A stretch of 64,000 bases of DNA from Leidyana gryllorum EB-2025a (lineage: Eukaryota > Protista > Apicomplexa): assembly GCA_048772705.1 (NCBI GenBank), contig JBLWGC010000201.1:1-64000 (forward strand), read 5' to 3'. The position numbers and the translations under genes were made by a program. Numbering within the stretch: the first letter of the stretch is position 1; each line of letters opens with the position of its first letter. The notes under the pieces were generated by a model that was not told where the DNA came from, did no database searches, and saw nothing but the letters and a program-made list of their open reading frames with translations. Shown here one piece after another: positions 58,496-64,000 of this stretch.

Positions 58496-61400
58496 CTACA
58501 CTCCTCCCCCTATGCGAAGATCGTCTCCGCGTAATTCCGCTTCCGTGAAGGGTATCGCGTTTCTCCTGGTGTTCCACTCGGCTCGATAGTGCAGAATGAG
58601 ATCCAGAGCGTCTGCATTCAGTACCGATTCGACTGGTTCCCACGTCGCCTGTTCGCGCGGGTACCCCTGCCATTGTATCAGGAAAGACATGCCTCTGTTG
58701 TCCACTCTCTGAGCCAAGACCTTCTCCATAATGAATAGTTCCGCTTCGCTCTCAGGTGGACGTCCGTGGAAAGGTTTCAATCTGGATATGTGGAATTTCC
58801 TCAGGCCTTTCCATTCGTCAGGCATCTGTAATTCGTAGACATCAGCAGGGAGCGATGCTAGTACTTGCATAGGCCCCAAATACGTCTTGGACAGTTTCCC
58901 GCTGGGTGCTCCTTTCAGGCCCTCTGCCTTTAGCAGGACCCAGTCGCCTCTCTCGTACCTCTGCTCCCTGTGACGTTTGTCGTAGTATTCCTTCTGGCGG
59001 TCTTGTGCTGCTTTTATTCTGTCCTGGATCTGAGTTATGGTTTCGGTGTGTAGTCCGACGGCGGCTAGGTCGTGATCGAAACCCAAGGTTAGCGGAATTC
59101 TTGGGATGTAGCCTCGCTCCGCTTGGAACGGTGAGATCTGGGTAGCTGAACATGGCATCGAGTTATAGGCGAACTCTACTGCGGGCAATTTCTCAACCCA
59201 CTTCGGCGCCACTTGCTCCGCAAGTGTTCGCATGATTTGTAGTATTGTTCGATGGGCTCGTTCCAGAAGTCCGTTGGTTTGTGGATGGCCCCTCGTACTC
59301 GCCTTCAGCTTAGTTCCGGCTGCTGTCAGCATTTCGGTCCACAGCTCACTCAGCCATCTAGCATCCCGATCCGACACTATCGCTTGAGGGAATCCGTGGT
59401 CACGGACCAGTCTCTTCATAACTATCTTGGCACAGTCTTTCGCCGAAGCTGTGTGGTGGCACGGTTCTAGCAACACCCTTCTGGTCAGTCTGTCGATGAA
59501 AGTCATGATGCAGTCCTCCCCGGTTTCTGGGTCTCTTGGCATTTTCAGAAGGTCAATTGACACTTCTGCCCAAGGGTGTGTCGGCGGTTTAATCGGATTG
59601 AGTAGGCCCGGCGGCCGGGTGGTGCGCGCCTTTGCTTTCTGACACTCGATGCACTGTTGGCAATAAACGCGGACATCTTCCGTTACGCCTGGCCAATTGA
59701 AATTGGCCCTGACCTTGAGCAAGGTCTTCTCGTGGCTCAGGTGCCCTGCCAACGGTGAGTTATGGTTTTCCTCAATGACGAGCATCCTGAGGTTGTCCCT
59801 TCCCGGGACGAATATCCTTCGAAACTGGTCGTACAGGATTCCCTCCACCAGGCCATACCCTTCCGGAGGCTGTGTGATCTCCGCCGTTGCTCTCTTCAGC
59901 CGCGCTGGGAATTCCGTTCCATTAGTCTCTATCATTGAGATGAAAGCTCGGCAGGTGTCTTGAATTGCTCCCGCTCTACTGAGCAAGTCTGCCAAGTCAT
60001 TGTCTTTGCCTGCAATGTGGTCGATCCGGGCGGGAAATTGAGAAATCTTGACAAGCCACCTCACGACTTTGGGCCGGAGGGCTTCGGAGCCAGCTGTCAA
60101 AACCACCAACGGTTTGTGATCTGTGTGAACAAAGAATTCTCGGCTCAACAGGTGGTGTTTCCACCGTTTGAGGGCGACCAGAATGGCCCATAGTTCCCTC
60201 TCATGTACCGCCCAGTTCCTCTGTGTGGCATTCAGCTTGGTACTAAAATGCTCCAAAATTTCTCGGCGGTCTTTCGTCCACTGTTCCAGCGTGCCGCCCA
60301 CTGCGATATCGCTCGCATCCGTTGTGACGTGAAATGGTAAGCTATCGTCAATCACCCCAAGGGTCAAGTCAGCACCAAATGCATTCTTTAAGTCGGCCCA
60401 GCCTTGATTCGTGATGTCGGTCCACTCGAGTCGTTCATTCTTCTTGCTGTACTGGTTGATGAGAGCGTGCATAGGAGCCGCTAGTTCCGCGAATTTGGGA
60501 ATATAGCGGGAGTAATACGTCATCGCTCCGAGCACCCGTCTAAGTTCCCCCATCGTTTTGGGTTGTGGTAAGTCGCGGAGTTGGTTCTGTTTCTCTTGGT
60601 TTGGATGTAGGCCCCTCTGGTCTAGGAATTGCCCCACGAAGTCGACTTCTGTGAGGAAAAAGCTAGATTTTCGTGGGTGTATGAACAACTGGTGGTTGGC
60701 CAGAATCTCTAAGACTTGATTGATGTCCTCTCGGTGCTGTTCTATAGTGGGACTGTAAACAAGGATGTCGTCGACATATGCAGTGACACATCGGCCGATC
60801 AGTGGCTCCAGTATGTGTTCCATGAACGCCACAAAGGCGGGTGGCGCGTTGCGGAGTCCGAATGGAAGCACCTTCCATTCATATTTGCCTATGCAAGATG
60901 AGAACGCTGTGAGGTGTCTGTATTCCTCTATGATGGGTATTTGATGATAGCCCGATTGAAGATCTAGTTTGGAGAAGATCTTCGCCCCTCTGAGTGCTGG
61001 AGCTGTGAGGTCAGCTCGGGGAATGGGATATGCATACGGTACTGTTTGGTCATTGAGGGCCTTATAATTGATGACCAATCTCGGAATGGGGGTGTCTTTC
61101 TTTGGTACTAGAAAACAGGGTGCCCCCCATTCCGATTTTGATGGCGTTATCTTGTCTTGTTCAAGTAATTCTTCAATCTGCCGTTTCATCTCCGCTTTCT
61201 GTGATTCTCCGCAAGTGTACGGCCGCTGGAAATGGGGTATTGCATGGTCCTTGAGTTTGATCTCAAAGTTGAAGAAACCTCTGTCCGGGGGTGGTCTGTC
61301 ATTGTTCTTGAAAAGGCATGCGTATTTCCTGATCACCCACTCTTCTTCCAGTGGTATTTGTATCGTTTGGGCCGTTGCTGTGCATACCTGGAGCATCTGC

Positions 61401-61855
61401 TCCGGTGGGGCCAGTCCTTCTAAACACACCCGCTCCAGAATGGTGAGCTGTCCCTCTTTGTTGGTTCCTATTGCTATGCGCAAGTCGCGGATGGCTTGTA
61501 TCCCAATGATCGCTTCGAATGGGTGTATATCCGCTACCAGAAATTTGAGATGGTGCGTTTGTTGGCCGTGCGTCTGGATAGTGGCTGAGCAACTTCCTTT
61601 GGCCCGCTGCTCACCAATGCCTTCGATTCGTGGTTTGTCCGCCGTGTCCAAGTCCAGGTGAAGTCTCTCGCATACTCGGGTGTCCATGATGTTGATGTCG
61701 GCTCCAGAATCGATCAGACAGAGTACTGGGGTGGCTCTGTTCTCTCTCACCACCGTCCACCTCACTGCGGCTCGAGTTTGTGATCCCACCTTAAACACCG
61801 TTGTTGTTTCTTGTCCTCGCCCCGGCTCCGTTGCCAGGGCTTGTATCAAAAATCC
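58496..61855 (-). CDS. pol: F Pol (PR-RT-RNase H-integrase-chromodomain), -1 frame to gag
   Basis: ORF 58496-61996 with IDSG, YVDD, TDAS, H-H-C-C, DDE, FLIQWQGY..TWE. Confidence 0.95.
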   Translation of the reverse strand, partial: GFLIQALATEPGRGQETTTVFKVGSQTRAAVRWTVVRENRATPVLCLIDSGADINIMDTRVCERLHLDLDTADKPRIEGIGEQRAKGSCSATIQTHGQQTHHLKFLVADIHPFEAIIGIQAIRDLRIAIGTNKEGQLTILERVCLEGLAPPEQMLQVCTATAQTIQIPLEEEWVIRKYACLFKNNDRPPPDRGFFNFEIKLKDHAIPHFQRPYTCGESQKAEMKRQIEELLEQDKITPSKSEWGAPCFLVPKKDTPIPRLVINYKALNDQTVPYAYPIPRADLTAPALRGAKIFSKLDLQSGYHQIPIIEEYRHLTAFSSCIGKYEWKVLPFGLRNAPPAFVAFMEHILEPLIGRCVTAYVDDILVYSPTIEQHREDINQVLEILANHQLFIHPRKSSFFLTEVDFVGQFLDQRGLHPNQEKQNQLRDLPQPKTMGELRRVLGAMTYYSRYIPKFAELAAPMHALINQYSKKNERLEWTDITNQGWADLKNAFGADLTLGVIDDSLPFHVTTDASDIAVGGTLEQWTKDRREILEHFSTKLNATQRNWAVHERELWAILVALKRWKHHLLSREFFVHTDHKPLVVLTAGSEALRPKVVRWLVKISQFPARIDHIAGKDNDLADLLSRAGAIQDTCRAFISMIETNGTEFPARLKRATAEITQPPEGYGLVEGILYDQFRRIFVPGRDNLRMLVIEENHNSPLAGHLSHEKTLLKVRANFNWPGVTEDVRVYCQQCIECQKAKARTTRPPGLLNPIKPPTHPWAEVSIDLLKMPRDPETGEDCIMTFIDRLTRRVLLEPCHHTASAKDCAKIVMKRLVRDHGFPQAIVSDRDARWLSELWTEMLTAAGTKLKASTRGHPQTNGLLERAHRTILQIMRTLAEQVAPKWVEKLPAVEFAYNSMPCSATQISPFQAERGYIPRIPLTLGFDHDLAAVGLHTETITQIQDRIKAAQDRQKEYYDKRHREQRYERGDWVLLKAEGLKGAPSGKLSKTYLGPMQVLASLPADVYELQMPDEWKGLRKFHISRLKPFHGRPPESEAELFIMEKVLAQRVDNRGMSFLIQWQGYPREQATWEPVESVLNADALDLILHYRAEWNTRRNAIPFTEAELRGDDLRIGGGV

Positions 61856-62772
61856 TGCTCGCTCCGAGGTGATTCTTCCGCCCGATCCTCTGCTTGGGCT
61901 GGGTACGCTCGCCTGTGTGATGGCTTCGGAGTTGCTTGTCTGGTGCGGTGAGGGCACTTGGGTGCGATATGCCCCGCTTCTCCGCACGTGTAACAAAGTC
62001 CATTCCGTTGACAGTGTTCTCTCGTGTGCGGGTTTCTGTGTCCGACTCCCCTAGTCCTCGCTGGTAAGGCTCGTGTCACGTTGCTTGTGCTCGCTCGCCT
62101 CTCTCGCCCCACTTCTGCTATGAATTCTAGCGCCTCATCCGACGTCTGGGGGTTCCGGCACATGATCATATCCCGAATGTCGGCCGGCACTCCTCTGCGA
62201 ATGACCCTGAGTAGCTGTTGTTGGTCGAAGTTGCTGAGGCCCCGTCTAAGTTCTCGAAAGCGTTGGGTGTAGCCAATCAAGTTGTCTGCTGATCCTCGTA
62301 AGTCCATTAGTTCCTCGATATCCGAACGCACTGCGGTTCCGAATTCCTGTACAAAAACCTCTTGGAACAACGCCCATGGGTATTGTCTAACATCCGATTG
62401 TTCGCTAGCTGTGTTAAGCCATCTGGCTGCCGAGTCCCGAAGGGTACCGCAAGCAATTCGTGTGCGGTTGGTCGATGTGATTTCTAGTGTGTCGAACGCT
62501 GCCGTGAGATTGTCCAAGTGCGTTCGGGGGTTCTGACTGCCGGTGAAGGAGCCGGTGAGCTGGGTTACCAACTTTATGTCCCTGGCTAGGTCATAAAAGT
62601 AGGTATCTGAGTTGGTCTGGTGATTGTCTGGGTCCATCGTATCTGGTTCACTGCTACCAGTGTAAGTGCATTGGGTCCCCGGAGGAGGTAAGCCGGTTGC
62701 CTTCTTGGCTTTCTGGGTAAGTGCCTTGGGAATAACCCCAGATCTAGTCGTTCTTCTCGTAGTAACAGTCAT
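61846..62772 (-). CDS. gag: F Gag
   Basis: 308 aa with CYTCGEAGHIAPKC. Confidence 0.95.
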   Translation of the reverse strand: MTVTTRRTTRSGVIPKALTQKAKKATGLPPPGTQCTYTGSSEPDTMDPDNHQTNSDTYFYDLARDIKLVTQLTGSFTGSQNPRTHLDNLTAAFDTLEITSTNRTRIACGTLRDSAARWLNTASEQSDVRQYPWALFQEVFVQEFGTAVRSDIEELMDLRGSADNLIGYTQRFRELRRGLSNFDQQQLLRVIRRGVPADIRDMIMCRNPQTSDEALEFIAEVGRERRASTSNVTRALPARTRGVGHRNPHTREHCQRNGLCYTCGEAGHIAPKCPHRTRQATPKPSHRRAYPAQAEDRAEESPRSEQDF

Positions 62773-62900
62773 GATCTATTTCGGTAAGCGCGCGTGTTTG
62801 TCACCCCCGTGTCTCCCCGTGTTTCCGGACACACCGGTAGTTGTGCCGGTCTGCATGAACCATAAAAAAGGGTACACGTGTTGTTAAGGTAAGGTCTACA

Positions 62901-63702
62901 GGAAAGAGCTAATCGGTCAATCATACAAATGCTCCGCTGCGCTTTAATGGGCTACGGAGGCACGTGGGTGGGACACTTGATGGCCACGGAAATGGCTTAC
63001 AACGCAGCCCCACAAGCCTCAACTAAGTTCTCCCCACTCGAACTCGACACTGGCCGGATCACTTTTCTACCCAACAACCTCTTAGATCTTGCAGCACAGC
63101 GCAGTGTGACCGGCAAAGTGTACCTACAGAAACTGCAGGAAGCAGCAGATAGACTTAGGGAGGCTGCGAACAGGCAGAAGCGCTCCGCGGACAAACACAG
63201 GCTGAACAAGGAGTTCACAGTAGGAGAGCGCGTGCTGCTCTCCACGAATCGACTAGCCCACGTACCAACATCCAAGCTCACGTCTCCTTTCTGTGGCCCC
63301 TTCACCATTCTGCAGAGAACCAGCGACGACACGTACCTCCTCGACATACCCAGCTCCTGGGGGATCTACCCGAAGTTTCACACTAGCAGACTCGAACCGT
63401 ACCACGAGAATACTGGCGACACTGAACCAATCACGATAGAAGAGGACGATGAAGGAGAGCAACCGATCGGACAGGTGAAAGAGGACGAGCAGTTATACAT
63501 AATGCAGGAGATTGTGGGATGGCGCGAGACCGATAAGGGACTTGAATATAAGGTGAAATGGGTCGGATACCCCGACCAAACATGGGAACCAGCCAACAAC
63601 GTCAACGAGGCCGATGGACAAGACCTCATTGAGAACTTCATGAGAAAGTGGAACAAGCGCTTCCCCAAGAACCCATTCATCTTAGGAGGGGGAGGAGTGT
63701 AG
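62901..63702 (+). pseudogene. pol: Element E pol 3' part (integrase end and chromodomain)
   Basis: Resumes ERANRSIIQMLRC; ends GGGGV-stop in LTR. Confidence 0.92.
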
Positions 63703-64000
63703 ACAAGGACACTTTTAGTTTAGTTAGTCACTGACCAGCCGCAGCTGGATCAGCATCATTAGAGGGTGTCTCCGAGGCCGGTAGACCGGGCACACACGGA
63801 GACGCGCGATCTACAAACACAGATTAGTCATTTCAAAGCTTACTAACGAACGTACCATGCCATTGGAGCTACGCAGCAGCCGGCGGCTTAGCCGTCAACC
63901 CGACGCCATGGCGACCTGTGGGAACCGGGGTTACACGGCCCCACTGATCCCCGTTGGTACCCTCTGGTTCCTTGCGTCGCCAGTACTCGCCCTTCCGCTC

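Larger units (their letters stand above)
50749..62900. mobile_element. Compound insertion of family F (four 240-bp LTRs, inverted middle segment)
   Basis: LTRs 50749-50988(-), 55935-56174(+), 58261-58500(-), 62661-62900(-); flanked by GGAAAG on both sides. Confidence 0.93.
58261..62900 (-). mobile_element. Element F: complete, apparently intact 4640-bp chromovirus
   Basis: Two LTRs, PBS, PPT, uninterrupted gag and pol. Confidence 0.96.
46749..63935 (+). mobile_element. Element E: chromovirus inserted in gag of C and interrupted by F multimer
   Basis: 238-bp LTRs 46749-46986 and 63698-63935, TSD CGGCC, PBS TGGTAGCAGTGC. Confidence 0.95.
37912..64000 (-). mobile_element. Element C: chromovirus split by insertions D and E; 5' end lies beyond the window
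   Basis: Putative 3' LTR 37912-38173; pol 38184-40557 and 45508-~46610; gag 46610-46748 and 63941-64000; frames rejoin as FRDIIGEYVF and SVGPQCKYTY. Confidence 0.88.

Overview
Eukaryotic repeat-rich DNA with no recognisable host protein gene. (1) 1-~760: tail of a Ty3/Gypsy integrase. (2) ~760-27420: a very dense nuclear tRNA gene/pseudogene array (roughly 120-140 units by eye, about one per 150-160 bp, both strands, 19 of 20 amino-acid classes seen, no Phe found). It is built from duplicated and inverted multi-tRNA cassettes and is interrupted by a full-length tRNA-Pro-primed Gypsy element (G, 10872-15902, TSD ATGAT). (3) 27421-64000: an island of at least seven families of small chromodomain Ty3/Gypsy elements (A, B, B', C, D, E, F; those with both LTRs are 4.6-5.1 kb), tRNA-iMet-primed where the PBS is visible, and nested up to three deep (C contains D and E; E contains a rearranged 12.15-kb F multimer). 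The most striking shared design: gag starts inside the 5' LTR and translates through the LTR end and PBS (YTGSS), pol usually runs through the PPT and stops in the first bases of the 3' LTR, six families share a G_GAU_UUU -1 frameshift site, and most LTRs share an inverted GTGTCTCC..GGAGAC motif. Both primer tRNAs are encoded in the adjacent array. Coordinates were read by eye and may be off by a few bases; only representative tRNAs are listed individually.
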